The translations under genes and the position numbers were made by a program. From Aeropyrum pernix K1 (GTDB taxonomy: Archaea; Thermoproteota; Thermoprotei_A; Sulfolobales; Acidilobaceae): a stretch of 32,000 nt of DNA. Below, piece after piece: positions 1-9,136 of the stretch (its first letter is position 1; each line of letters begins with the position of its first letter). The notes beneath the pieces were generated by a model. It did no database searches. It was given only the letters and a program-made list of their open reading frames with translations, and was not told the origin of the DNA. The stretch lies in contig NC_000854.2 in assembly GCF_000011125.1 (NCBI RefSeq), positions 60,001 to 92,000 of the forward strand, in the 5' to 3' direction.

Positions 1-2
1 TT

Positions 3-401
3 GTGCTTTACTTTTACCCGAGGGCTATGACCCCAGGTTGCACGAGGGAAGGAGTCCGTTTTAACGAGCTGTTAGACGAGTTCGAGAAGCTTGGAGCCGT
101 TGTTATAGGTGTTTCTACCGATAGTGTTGAGAAGAACAGAAAGTTCGCGGAGAAGCATGGGTTCAGGTTCAAGCTAGTGAGCGATGAAAAAGGGGAGATT
201 GGGATGAAGTATGGTGTCGTCAGAGGAGAAGGCTCCAACTTAGCCGCGGAAAGAGTGACTTTTATAATAGATCGTGAAGGGAACATAAGAGCTATCCTTA
301 GGAATATAAGGCCTGCGGAGAAGCACGCTGATCTAGCTTTAGAGGAAGTCAAGAAACTCGTTCTTGGCAAGAAGGCTGAAAGGGCAGGGGAAGTAATATA
401 G
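3..401 (+). CDS. bcp: Thiol peroxidase / peroxiredoxin of the Bcp (PrxQ, AhpC/TSA) family; 5' end cut by the window edge
   Basis: The ORF is open to the window edge. 'FYPRAMTPGCTREG' contains the peroxidatic-Cys TPGCT motif, followed by the family-typical 'VIGVSTDSVEKNRKFAEKHGFRFKLVSDE'. Stop TAG is at 399-401. Confidence 0.85.
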   Translation: MLYFYPRAMTPGCTREGVRFNELLDEFEKLGAVVIGVSTDSVEKNRKFAEKHGFRFKLVSDEKGEIGMKYGVVRGEGSNLAAERVTFIIDREGNIRAILRNIRPAEKHADLALEEVKKLVLGKKAERAGEVI

Positions 402-405
402 GTTC

Positions 406-825
406 TCAGCCTTTAACAGCTTCAACAAGCTTTTTGGATAGAATGCCGGCGAGCCTCTCCACTTCAATGCGAACATTGTCGATGGAATTTTTAATCTCCT
501 CGCTCTCGGCTATCCTTGCAGCTTCTTTAAGCCTGACTATTGTGTAGAGTAGCACCTCGTTCGCATCTAGTAGGGCTACGGCGTCTCCCGAGGGTTTTTT
601 CAACGTAGATTCTGCCAGACACTCAAAATGAACAGCTCCCTGTCCTGGAATGAATGTAAACCTTTGACCCTCTATGATAGTGCCACCGCATATGCTGCAC
701 TCCCATGTCTTGAGCCCCATCCAACCCACCTCACCCTTAATACCGTGAGTGAGGATTTTTAATCCGTTATGATCTGGCGACCGCCTTTCTATGTTAAACA
801 GGGTTTGTTTAACGCTGTTAAACAT
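406..825 (-). CDS. Conserved-looking hypothetical protein with a possible zinc-binding CxxC...HxxC site
   Basis: 139-aa ORF with an ATG start at 823-825. 'WECSICGG...GAVHFECL' gives a Cys-X2-Cys / His-X2-Cys arrangement, and the C-terminal half looks helical. It is convergent with bcp across a 4-nt gap. No family is confidently recognised. Confidence 0.6.
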   Translation of the reverse strand: MFNSVKQTLFNIERRSPDHNGLKILTHGIKGEVGWMGLKTWECSICGGTIIEGQRFTFIPGQGAVHFECLAESTLKKPSGDAVALLDANEVLLYTIVRLKEAARIAESEEIKNSIDNVRIEVERLAGILSKKLVEAVKG

Positions 826-866
826 TTAAAATCTAGATGTAACAAATCTAAATAGGGGGGTCAAGG

Positions 867-1838
867 TTGTCTTCAGAGCGAGTTACACTGTTCAAGAGGA
901 GGGTTCAGAAGCTCGGGGGCTCCAGCCTTATAATTACTCTTCCGAAGCAATGGATAAACAAGATGAACATTAATGCTGGAGACGTCCTGGTGGTTGTCGA
1001 TGAGGGAGAGTATCTCAAGATTATCCCGGAAAACTTCTCTCCTCCGGTTAGGAGCCTGAGTGTTAGCATAAATAGCCTGCCGAAGGATGACGAGGAGAAG
1101 GTTAGGTTTATCAAGTGCGCATATGGCCATGGCTACGATCGCGTTACAGTTTTTACCGAGAATACGAGGAACGGGGGTGTAGCTTTATTCAAGAACGGCG
1201 AGATATTGGATAGAATGGCTAAGGAACTTCCAATATCTAAGATTAGCGTTTCCAGCAACGCTGTTTTAATCGAGTTTTCGAGGGACAGCGACGATAGTAT
1301 AAACCCGAGCCTCAAGCTGAAACTGTATTCTGGAGCCCTGAATGCAGTGTTGGACAACATAGCCAAGGGTAGGATTGATAATGCCGAGGAAGATCTAGCT
1401 AAGCTCTACAGCCTCTCCCTAGACATCGCTAGGAGTTCTGTAAGAAAGTCTTTAGGTTTTAGCTGCGAAACGTCCAGGCTTACATATATATCTGGGTTCT
1501 TCCTGGCCTTAGCAGAGACTATTTCGCTGTTGACAGACTACCTGTCGAGCGGGAGGAGGCTTTCGAGGAAGGATATAGACCTACTGGAGGATACGAGGAG
1601 TCTCCTCCTAGAAACACTCGGCTCCCTGGCAACAGGAAGTGTTAAACGTGTGGAACATGCTAAAGAGGCTGCTGAGAAGTTGAGGGAGGTTCTCGTGAGT
1701 AATGGAGAGAATATAAGCACGCCTGTCTACAGTCTGTCAGTAAATGCTGTGTCACTAGTAAGGACCGTAGCAGAGCTTTCACTGTGCAAGCTAAAAGAAA
1801 AGGAGCAGGGGGATCTAGTCGGAATAAGGGTAAAATAG
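867..1838 (+). CDS. AbrB/SpoVT-domain protein fused to a PhoU-like helical domain (putative transcriptional regulator), paralog 1
   Basis: TTG start at 867. The N-terminus 'RRVQKLGGSSLIITLPKQWINKMNINAGDVLVVVDEGEYLKIIP' is a swapped-hairpin AbrB/SpoVT/MazE-type DNA-binding motif. The remaining ~250 aa is helical, as in archaeal PhoU-like phosphate uptake regulator homologs. It has the same architecture as 6579-7616. Confidence 0.75.
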   Translation: MSSERVTLFKRRVQKLGGSSLIITLPKQWINKMNINAGDVLVVVDEGEYLKIIPENFSPPVRSLSVSINSLPKDDEEKVRFIKCAYGHGYDRVTVFTENTRNGGVALFKNGEILDRMAKELPISKISVSSNAVLIEFSRDSDDSINPSLKLKLYSGALNAVLDNIAKGRIDNAEEDLAKLYSLSLDIARSSVRKSLGFSCETSRLTYISGFFLALAETISLLTDYLSSGRRLSRKDIDLLEDTRSLLLETLGSLATGSVKRVEHAKEAAEKLREVLVSNGENISTPVYSLSVNAVSLVRTVAELSLCKLKEKEQGDLVGIRVK

Positions 1839-2063
1839 AGGCCCTATCCTCCTCGGGTTCGCTCATCACCTACTCAGCAGCGATCAGGCCCAGGCATCGG
1901 GCCTCCAATATGTACCAGGATTTGTTCAAGCATAATCTATTTCAACTCCTCTCTATTGGATCCACAACTCAGCTCTACTTATTATTTCGACGCAAGACGA
2001 ACAGTCGTCTAGCAAACACATATATACAGACGTATCCCTATATTATAATGTGGTGGGGATAAA

Positions 2064-2177
2064 ATGGGACTCCTGGTCGTTAAAGAGCACGATGGAAAAC
2101 TAGTCTTCACAATAGATCCTCTAGACCTCGAAAGACTTGAAGAATACATTGTGTTAACCCTAGGCCTAGGATGTTAA
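2064..2177 (+). CDS. Candidate 37-aa small ORF inside the long AT-rich spacer (hypothetical)
   Basis: ATG at 2064 is preceded by the purine-rich 'GGTGGGG' (2052-2058) and by TATA-like 'catatatac'/'tatattataa' 20-45 nt upstream. It translates to MGLLVVKEHDGKLVFTIDPLDLERLEEYIVLTLGLGC, with stop TAA at 2175-2177. No homology is recognised, so it could be non-coding. Confidence 0.25.
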   Translation: MGLLVVKEHDGKLVFTIDPLDLERLEEYIVLTLGLGC

Positions 2178-2527
2178 ACGGCTTTTGACTAAAATAAGTG
2201 CTTCTATCAAAATTGCCCCTTCAATATCTCTGACTATTTATCATTATATGGTTGTAACTATCCTTATGCTAGCAAGTATATGCTAAATAGCCCTAAGAAT
2301 TCTTCATCGGTTAAGCGGTCGCTCAAGGGGAATGATCATCATTCCCGCAAACGCTCAGTCGACCGTCGTCTGCTCATCCCGCCCCATATTTCTAAATCTC
2401 AACTAATCCTTAACTAGTCCTAGGTGTCCAGGGTTTATGTAGGTCTAGCAGGTTCCCATAGCAACTATTGATCTATACTGTCTCGTACATTATAGGTTAT
2501 GGGCTTCCCTAGCCGACTCACACACAA

Positions 2528-3997
2528 ATGTGCGGTGGTGTGTTAAAAGTGAAATCTGGCGAAAATTCTAGGTATGATTTCTATCCTCCTGATCCAGTTT
2601 TACTTGAAAAGTTAGTTGAGAAGGCTCTTGATAAAGGCGCAAGCTATGCTGAGGCTCGATTCCACGCACGCCTAGGTGACTCTGTCCTCGTGGTTAATGA
2701 TAGAGTGGTCGGCGGCGGCTTTGAGATTGAAGAGGGTGTTGCGTTTAGAGTCATTGTTGATGGGGCCCTCGGTTTTGCATCAACGAGTCTGCTCAGCGAG
2801 GAGAGTTTGGATAGTGTTGTAGACCATGCAGTCTCTATTGCAAGATCCTCGTCAAGAGGATTTCGAAAAAAGGTTGGAATGAGCGAGGAGAGACTTGGAC
2901 AAGCTCAGTACAGTCTGAAGGTCAAGAAAGATTTTAGGAATTTAGAGCTCGAAGACAAGGCGTCTATAGTTCTCGAGTACAGTAAGTCTCTCGAAAGCAA
3001 AAGCGTCGACCTAAAAGCTAAGACTTTCAGCTATAGCGACGTGCTCGAGGCAAAGCTGATTATCACGAGTGATGGTGGAAATATAGAGAGCATAATCCCT
3101 AGGGTCTCAATATTCTATAATATTGCCGCTGAACATGGAGACAGGAGAGCTAACAAGTGGGGTCATCTGGCTGGCAGTGGAGGCTTGGAGTTAGTGGGTG
3201 AGCTCGGGCTCGAGTCTATGCTTAAAGATGATGTTAATAGTCTCGAGGTTAATCTAGTTAAGGCCGAGCCCTCTCCGAAGGGGGTGATGGACGTCATTAT
3301 AAGCCCTGAGATAGTGGGGCTAGCCCTACACGAATCTATAGGACATCCGAGCGAGGCTGACAGGGTCATGGGTAGGGAGGCGGCCCAAGCAGGATTAAGC
3401 TACCGCATGTGGCTGGACGGTAGGATAGGGAGTAGTAAGGTAACCGTAGCGGACGACCCCACTGTACCTGGCAGCTATGGATTCTACCTCTACGATGATG
3501 AAGCCGTTCCAGCGAGGGAGAGGATACTTATAAACAAGGGGGAGCTCGCGGAGCTCCTCCACAGTAGGACTACCGCGTACTCGTTTGGCGTGCAAAGTAA
3601 CGGTGCAGCAAGGGCTATGAACTACAGGAGCGAGCCGATAGTTAGAATGAGCAACACGTATCTTAAGCCAGGTGACATGAGATTTGAGGAGCTGTTAGAG
3701 GATGTAAAGGAGGGAATATACATGAAGAGCTATATGGAGTGGAATATAGACGAGTTCAGGCTTGTGGCTAGGTATGTCGGGCTAGAGGCCTATCTCATAA
3801 AGAACGGGAGAATAGTAAAGCCTGTCAGGGACACGGTCCTTGAGATTCCTACAGAGAGCTTCTACTCTAAGATAGACGGTGTGGGAAAAGACCTGAGGTT
3901 CTATGCCGGGATATGCGGCAAGGGAGAGCCTCCCCAACCACTGCCAGTTTGGATGGGAGGACCTCACGTGAGGGTTAGGGATGTAAGGGTGGGATAG
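2528..3997 (+). CDS. tldD: TldD metalloprotease (peptidase family U62)
   Basis: 489-aa ORF. It has the HExxxH zinc motif 'HESIGHPSEADR' and the conserved C-terminal 'GICGKGEP' (GxCGK) of TldD. It lies immediately upstream of a PmbA/TldE-like partner. The exact start is uncertain (ATG 2528 or GTG a few codons downstream). Confidence 0.9.
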   Translation: MCGGVLKVKSGENSRYDFYPPDPVLLEKLVEKALDKGASYAEARFHARLGDSVLVVNDRVVGGGFEIEEGVAFRVIVDGALGFASTSLLSEESLDSVVDHAVSIARSSSRGFRKKVGMSEERLGQAQYSLKVKKDFRNLELEDKASIVLEYSKSLESKSVDLKAKTFSYSDVLEAKLIITSDGGNIESIIPRVSIFYNIAAEHGDRRANKWGHLAGSGGLELVGELGLESMLKDDVNSLEVNLVKAEPSPKGVMDVIISPEIVGLALHESIGHPSEADRVMGREAAQAGLSYRMWLDGRIGSSKVTVADDPTVPGSYGFYLYDDEAVPARERILINKGELAELLHSRTTAYSFGVQSNGAARAMNYRSEPIVRMSNTYLKPGDMRFEELLEDVKEGIYMKSYMEWNIDEFRLVARYVGLEAYLIKNGRIVKPVRDTVLEIPTESFYSKIDGVGKDLRFYAGICGKGEPPQPLPVWMGGPHVRVRDVRVG

Positions 3998-4011
3998 AGA
4001 GGTGTGTTACA

Positions 4012-5361
4012 GTGGCTCCCGGAGAAGTTACGGAGAGGGAGAGGCTTGAGGAGGCGGCACGCACTATACTCAACGCTCTTCCGGGCGATGCAGAGAAGGC
4101 TGTCAAGATTGTAGGATCGAAGAGTATAATGGTAAAAGCTGCTCGGGGAAGCGTGAGCGTGGCCCAGGGGTTCCAGGACCTCCTCCTTGAGATATACCTC
4201 GCTCGTGATGGGAAGATTGCTGTTACCAGCTTCAAGACGCCGAGGCTAGATGATGCAGCCAAGATTGCTGCAAGAGTAGTCGACAAGCTGGAGAAATCAC
4301 CTCTGTACGCTCCTCTCCCGGAACCGTCGGGTTCTAGTTCGCAAGCTGTTGATGAAAAAGTGGCCACCATGGTTGCAGAAGGGGATACTGCTGGGCTAAC
4401 ATCCCTCCTAGACCCCGACAGGTGGGGCGATATCTCAGGCATGGCTGAGTTAGCTGTCACCACCACGGTGCTAACTGCCTCAAACGGGGCGGAGCTTACT
4501 CTCGAGAAAACAAGCTTCAATGGATATACTAGGATATTTGGGAGGGAGTTTAGAAGCGGCCAGTGGTCGTGGGTGTCAACACGCTTTGACGAGAAACTTG
4601 CTGAAGAGGCTATACGAACTGCTAAGCAGCTAGCTGAGGAGTGCTCCAAGCTACCCGAGGAAGTTCCTGAGCCCGGCAGCTACAGGCTTCTCCTCTCCCC
4701 CATGGTGGGCGGAAACCTGTTGGAAATCGTAGCATCCTCACTCCTGGCAGGCAGCGTTCTACTAGGATTTTCCATGTTCTCCCATAACAAGCCCGGGGAT
4801 AGGATTGCCTCAGATGCCCTGACTTTGTCAAGCACGCCTCTCGACGACGAATTACCAGGGTATTCGATGTTCGACGATGAGGGCGTCGCCACGCGTGATA
4901 TAGCCGCTATAGAGAATGGCGTTCTCAAGACGTTTCTCCACAACACAAAGACTGCCAGGCTTATGGGGGCAGAGACGACAGGCAATGCTGGATGGATACT
5001 GCCACGGCTTTTCAACCTTCAAGTCGATCCCGGGGATATAAGTCCTGATAATGTTTACGAAGCCCTTGGTGATGGTCTATATCTAACTAACAACTGGTAC
5101 ACCAGGCTTCAAAACTATCTAGAAGGACGGTTCTCAACAGTATTGAGAGACGCCGTCATTAGAGTTAGAAATGGCAAGCCAGTGTCGTGCACTCCCGGAT
5201 ATAAGCTAAGGCTGGCAGGAAGTCTCAAAGACCTTATAATAAATGTGGAGGCTGCTGGTTCGAAACCATATAATATAATGTGGTGGGAGGTGAACAGGCC
5301 CTTTAAACTACCTCATATCATAGTGGCCAGCAGCCCTGGCATCGAGGTGAGGAGGGGCTAA
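4012..5361 (+). CDS. pmbA: PmbA/TldE, the non-catalytic U62-family partner of TldD
   Basis: GTG start lies 14 nt after the tldD stop. The 449-aa protein has U62-family C-terminal similarity ('DDEGVATRD...ENGVLKTFLHN...TGNAG') but lacks the HExxxH motif, as expected for PmbA/TldE. Confidence 0.85.
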   Translation: MAPGEVTERERLEEAARTILNALPGDAEKAVKIVGSKSIMVKAARGSVSVAQGFQDLLLEIYLARDGKIAVTSFKTPRLDDAAKIAARVVDKLEKSPLYAPLPEPSGSSSQAVDEKVATMVAEGDTAGLTSLLDPDRWGDISGMAELAVTTTVLTASNGAELTLEKTSFNGYTRIFGREFRSGQWSWVSTRFDEKLAEEAIRTAKQLAEECSKLPEEVPEPGSYRLLLSPMVGGNLLEIVASSLLAGSVLLGFSMFSHNKPGDRIASDALTLSSTPLDDELPGYSMFDDEGVATRDIAAIENGVLKTFLHNTKTARLMGAETTGNAGWILPRLFNLQVDPGDISPDNVYEALGDGLYLTNNWYTRLQNYLEGRFSTVLRDAVIRVRNGKPVSCTPGYKLRLAGSLKDLIINVEAAGSKPYNIMWWEVNRPFKLPHIIVASSPGIEVRRG

Positions 5362-5370
5362 CAAGAGGGA

Positions 5371-6471
5371 TTAGCCATACCGTTTTTCCCAGCCACCCCT
5401 TTCCAGCTCTTCTAAGACTGCCTCCTCTACAACTCTGTTAAGCCCTTTTATCGCTGCTGCCAGTCTCTTCAGGCCAGCAACATACATCCTCTTCACACTA
5501 GGGGGGCTTTCCTCCTCGGTGTCCGGGTAGGGGTTCTCGAGATTTGCCAGGCCAGCTGCAAAAGCGGGTAATGCGCGCCTCAGCCCAACCCCATACCCCC
5601 CTTCCAGTACAGCTGCTACCCCCCTGCGGGCCATTCTGGATAGTTCTGAGCCTATTAGGTAGTACATGGCTGTCCCACCTCTCATCACAGTAAAAGCATT
5701 GTCACCCCTGTAGGCGTCAAAGCCCGCCGAGACAACGATATAATCGGGTTCGAGCCTCTCCAGTATCCCCAATGCTAATCTTGCTGCAGACACATATATG
5801 TCGTCGCCAGAATTCGGTGGGAGTATAATGTTGATCTTAGTTCCCTTAGCATCGCCCTCACCAATGTCCTCAGGAAATCCTGTGCCAGGATAGATCGTCG
5901 TGGGGTCCTGATGTACATCCACATGGTAAACATCTGGATCGTCATAGAAGATCTCCTGAGTGCCGTTGCCGTGGTGTAAGTCAAAGTCTAAGATAACCGT
6001 TTTCCCTTGTTCCGACAGCATCCTAGCTATCAAAGCGGCCGTGTTGACAATGCAGAACCCTGCCGTGGGGGCTCCAAGGGCCCTTCCCCTTATACCGGCA
6101 TGGTGGCCCGGAGGCCTTCCTAGAAGTAGAGCCTCCCCACCGCTTCTAACTATATTATAAACCTCGACAGAGGCGCCTCCAAGCCTTTTCAACGCGACGA
6201 GAGTGCCGGGGCCCACATAGGTATCGGGGTCGAGCCAGTCCAGGCCCGACTCTGCCGTCGAAAGAACATGCCTTAAGTACGCGGGGCTGTGTACTCTAGT
6301 GTAGAGACCCACATCGCCTACAGGAGGAGTCACAGCTTCCAAGTGTTTATAAACTCCTGACTCCTCTAACCCCCTGACCGCCTCTACTAGTCTAGAAGGA
6401 TTCTCTGGATGGTCGTACGGATCGGGAGAGTGCTTAAGGAAATCCTCATGATAAACTATCTTCAAAACCAA
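5371..6471 (-). CDS. Histone deacetylase-superfamily (arginase-fold) deacetylase; AcuC / acetylpolyamine amidohydrolase-like
   Basis: TTG start at 6469-6471. Diagnostic motifs are 'GRPPGHHA', 'DFDLHHGNGTQEIFYDDPDV', 'VVSAGFDAYRGD' and 'LEGGYG'. Confidence 0.9.
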   Translation of the reverse strand: MVLKIVYHEDFLKHSPDPYDHPENPSRLVEAVRGLEESGVYKHLEAVTPPVGDVGLYTRVHSPAYLRHVLSTAESGLDWLDPDTYVGPGTLVALKRLGGASVEVYNIVRSGGEALLLGRPPGHHAGIRGRALGAPTAGFCIVNTAALIARMLSEQGKTVILDFDLHHGNGTQEIFYDDPDVYHVDVHQDPTTIYPGTGFPEDIGEGDAKGTKINIILPPNSGDDIYVSAARLALGILERLEPDYIVVSAGFDAYRGDNAFTVMRGGTAMYYLIGSELSRMARRGVAAVLEGGYGVGLRRALPAFAAGLANLENPYPDTEEESPPSVKRMYVAGLKRLAAAIKGLNRVVEEAVLEELERGGWEKRYG

Positions 6472-6578
6472 ATCCCTGGCACCCCCTCGGTGATGCGGGG
6501 CTTCAGCACCAAAAAGGGTCTACGGACTCTAAGCCGGAAACATTGATCTGGGGTTCCTCCTCATCGGGGTGCACAATA

Positions 6579-7616
6579 TTATGAGGATCCTTCGGAGTTT
6601 GAGCTTTCATTCATAAGGGTAGAATACTTCTGGGTGAGCATGTGGCACATCATGATGTTGCTCGCAATCTCAAGGGTTCTAGCAACGTTGACAGCCCTGG
6701 CTACGAGGTAAGCGAAGGCCGTACTCCCGTCTCCAACAATCTTGGAAAGGTCACCCTTAAGATCAAGTACACTCCTGATCTTCCAGTAGGCCTCCTCCAC
6801 CTTCTTAACACTATTCGGGTCCATGTTCGCCGAAAGTGTTGCGAGGGCAACCTCAAGCATCTCAACTATAAACTTGAGCCTCTCCCTCTCATCCCATGTC
6901 AGCCTATCCTTAAGCTTTATAATCTCCCTGCCGAGGTCGTGTATCTCGTCTGTAGCAGCGGCGAGCATGGCTGCGTAGAGGAAGAAGTATAGCCCCATTA
7001 TAGACTCTATCCCCCCTCTGGCCGTGTTAATGGTTACCGCCCTTAGCAGCCTGTAGTTGCTCCTGTATATCTCTGTCACGGTACTCTCCATTGTAAAGCT
7101 AGAAACATCCTCGTCGTCGCTGCCTAGGATCTTGAGCAGGTTTTCTGAGTAGCCTATGAGGTGGCGGCCGAGAACTTTTAGAGCGTGCCACGGCTCTTCA
7201 ACGGGGCTGTCCAGGTCGATTACAACCTCCCTATCCTTGCCAGTAATATAGATGTAAGGAAGCATTACCATGAGATTCTGAAGATTCTCAATAATGTCCT
7301 TTATCGTACCCTGCCTTGGCGATGATATAACGATCTTGTCCTGGCCGAAAACAAACCCACATAGAACAAGCTTAGAGACGTGCTTAACAATTCTCTTGTG
7401 TCTCCCGTCAAAGTGGACAACAATCCTCCTAGTAGTATTGGTAGGGAGTATTATTAGTCTATCACCAATATCTACTAGGGAGACTACGTCTCCTACATCA
7501 ACGTTATTCCTCTTCGCCCATTCCTTGGGGATAGTAACTATCAACGAAGAAGCTCCTAGACGCTGTACCTTCCGGGGAATGAAGACGAACGTTCGAGCAG
7601 AATCGTTAGCCGACAA
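6579..7616 (-). CDS. AbrB/SpoVT-domain protein fused to a PhoU-like helical domain, paralog 2
   Basis: TTG start at 7614-7616. 'RKVQRLGASSLIVTIPKEWAKRNNVDVGDVVSLVDIGDRLIILP' is near-identical in pattern to the N-terminus of ORF 867-1838. The rest is a long helical region. Confidence 0.75.
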   Translation of the reverse strand: MSANDSARTFVFIPRKVQRLGASSLIVTIPKEWAKRNNVDVGDVVSLVDIGDRLIILPTNTTRRIVVHFDGRHKRIVKHVSKLVLCGFVFGQDKIVISSPRQGTIKDIIENLQNLMVMLPYIYITGKDREVVIDLDSPVEEPWHALKVLGRHLIGYSENLLKILGSDDEDVSSFTMESTVTEIYRSNYRLLRAVTINTARGGIESIMGLYFFLYAAMLAAATDEIHDLGREIIKLKDRLTWDERERLKFIVEMLEVALATLSANMDPNSVKKVEEAYWKIRSVLDLKGDLSKIVGDGSTAFAYLVARAVNVARTLEIASNIMMCHMLTQKYSTLMNESSNSEGSS

Positions 7617-7969
7617 GAGATAGCCCCTTATATAAAGCTTCTATTGTGGGTGATATAAGTTTTCACCTCGTTTAAAAGTGTAAAACATATTTAGCCTATG
7701 TAACATACTTTTAATAGATACTACCGCCATACTAGCCTTATTGCACTAGCGGAGGTGTAAAAACTCTATCATTATTACTTGGAGTCCCATCTCGCTGCTC
7801 CAACCACATCGGATTGTCCAATGACTGTAATAACGTTCAACTAATCCACAACCAACCTGGAATTCTCCTTGTCAGAGACTCCTACTGTTAACACTATTGC
7901 TGTTAGCCTTGAGCTATATAAGGTTTTGCGATACTAATATTATATTGGACATATACTGTGTAAAGGTGA

Positions 7970-8473
7970 GTGGGGATGGTGTTAGAAGCTAGGAGCTACA
8001 GGCTAGTTCTTAGGAAAACCACCAGAGGTCCTGTTGTCCAGTTTAGGGTCAGCGTGCCGGGCGCCAGAGAGTCTACACTAGTGAGAATGGGCGGGCGTAT
8101 GGCCGAGAGGATATTCAACCACATGGCAGAGGTTCTAAAGAAGCACAACCTTATAACAGAGGAGACTAAGTCCGAAAACTACACAGCCTACAGGCTGAAC
8201 CTCGACATCGGGCCAAGCGTGGGAGGATACCTTGTCATGATAAGGAGAAGCAGGAACCCCGAGGCGTGGATAAACTATTTCGAAGGACTTATAACAGAGG
8301 ATCCCTACAAAGGCGGCAGGGCATTCCTAGCACATGCTCTACACCTTAGTGTCGAGCTTAGCAAATCCATGGGTGCTGAGAGAACCAGAGCACAGCTGCC
8401 CCCGAAGGTGCTAGACTCCGTTAGCGCCGGCTTCAAGGTTATATCGAAGAAGCTTTGGAGCCTCAAGAAGTGA
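7970..8473 (+). CDS. Hypothetical protein (167 aa), no recognisable family
   Basis: The long ORF follows an AT-rich spacer. TATA-like 'taatattatatt' (7935-7946) sits ~27 nt upstream of GTG 7970 / ATG 7976. 'GGTGAG' at 7965-7970 could serve as an SD for ATG 7976. It is convergent with the next gene across a 6-nt gap. Confidence 0.6.
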   Translation: MGMVLEARSYRLVLRKTTRGPVVQFRVSVPGARESTLVRMGGRMAERIFNHMAEVLKKHNLITEETKSENYTAYRLNLDIGPSVGGYLVMIRRSRNPEAWINYFEGLITEDPYKGGRAFLAHALHLSVELSKSMGAERTRAQLPPKVLDSVSAGFKVISKKLWSLKK

Positions 8474-8479
8474 ACATCA

Positions 8480-9136
8480 TTATCTTTGCCAAGTCCTTTT
8501 TTCCTTTAGCACCTTCTTAATAGTCTCTTCAAGTACTTGTTTCTTACCGCTGAGGCCACACTCTCTACCAATGTGCTCACCAACGCTGTATATTAAAATG
8601 CAGTCGCCTAAAGCCGCTCTTACGGAAGCGGGTTCCTCAAAGAACGCTCCAACAGCTACAGCAGATATAATAGCATCTAGCAGATGCCTCCTTCTATACG
8701 CCGTGTTTGCGAGGTCTAGCGACGAGAGTATAGATGTAGGATGTGTCTCTACAACGGGCACACCTGCTTCTTCAAACAGCCTGAAGACGGAGAGGCCGTT
8801 TCTCGACAGCCTCACCATCCCCGGTGTATTCAGAGGCAACAAACGGGCGCCCTTCTTCAGTGCCTCCAGCTCACAACCCCTCCATGGACCGGCTTCCCGT
8901 AAAACGTTTACAGGAGCATCAACGCCAACCGCGTCTACCGGAATACTAGCTAGTCTCTCTAGACTACTGTAAACCCTGGAAGGTCTAGACTCCCAGGCTT
9001 CAATAATATGGCATCGCCCCGGAAGCCAGGACACCACGGCAAAGCCCCAGGAGGACCTTCCTCCCGAGGGATCTATGCCCGCGTATAGCCTTCCATGTAG
9101 CATGGCTTTTCCGTCAGCCCTCACACGGCTCCCCAT
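8480..9136 (-). CDS. Predicted RNase H-fold nuclease (DUF429/COG2410-like)
   Basis: ATG at 9134-9136. 'LYAGIDPSGGRSSWGFAVV' is a RuvC/RNase H-like first acidic motif, followed by 'AVGVDAPV' and 'VVETHPTS'. The family assignment is from memory of motif patterns, not a search. Confidence 0.5.
   Translation of the reverse strand: MGSRVRADGKAMLHGRLYAGIDPSGGRSSWGFAVVSWLPGRCHIIEAWESRPSRVYSSLERLASIPVDAVGVDAPVNVLREAGPWRGCELEALKKGARLLPLNTPGMVRLSRNGLSVFRLFEEAGVPVVETHPTSILSSLDLANTAYRRRHLLDAIISAVAVGAFFEEPASVRAALGDCILIYSVGEHIGRECGLSGKKQVLEETIKKVLKEKRTWQR

Noticed and set aside
2045-2057. The 13-nt exact repeat ATAATGTGGTGGG is shared with pmbA (5275-5287). It extends to 23/28 identity and encodes PY(I/N)IMWW in both places, hinting at a pmbA pseudogene fragment in the spacer.
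   Set aside because: Similarity collapses immediately on both sides. A rough estimate gives about one such 23/28 match by chance among all window pairs in 32 kb on both strands, so it is not significant.
2281-2400. Minus-strand C/D box-like elements (GGGATGAG ... CTGA ... AATGATGA) in the tldD upstream spacer.
   Set aside because: The C box is degenerate, no CTGA sits at a guide-compatible distance after the good ATGATGA box, and there is no terminal stem.
3975-4649. A 224-aa minus-strand ORF overlapping the start of pmbA/tldE and the end of tldD.
   Set aside because: It is entirely antisense to two well-supported U62-family genes. Its Ser/Ala/Leu-rich low-complexity translation is a typical shadow ORF in GC-rich coding DNA.
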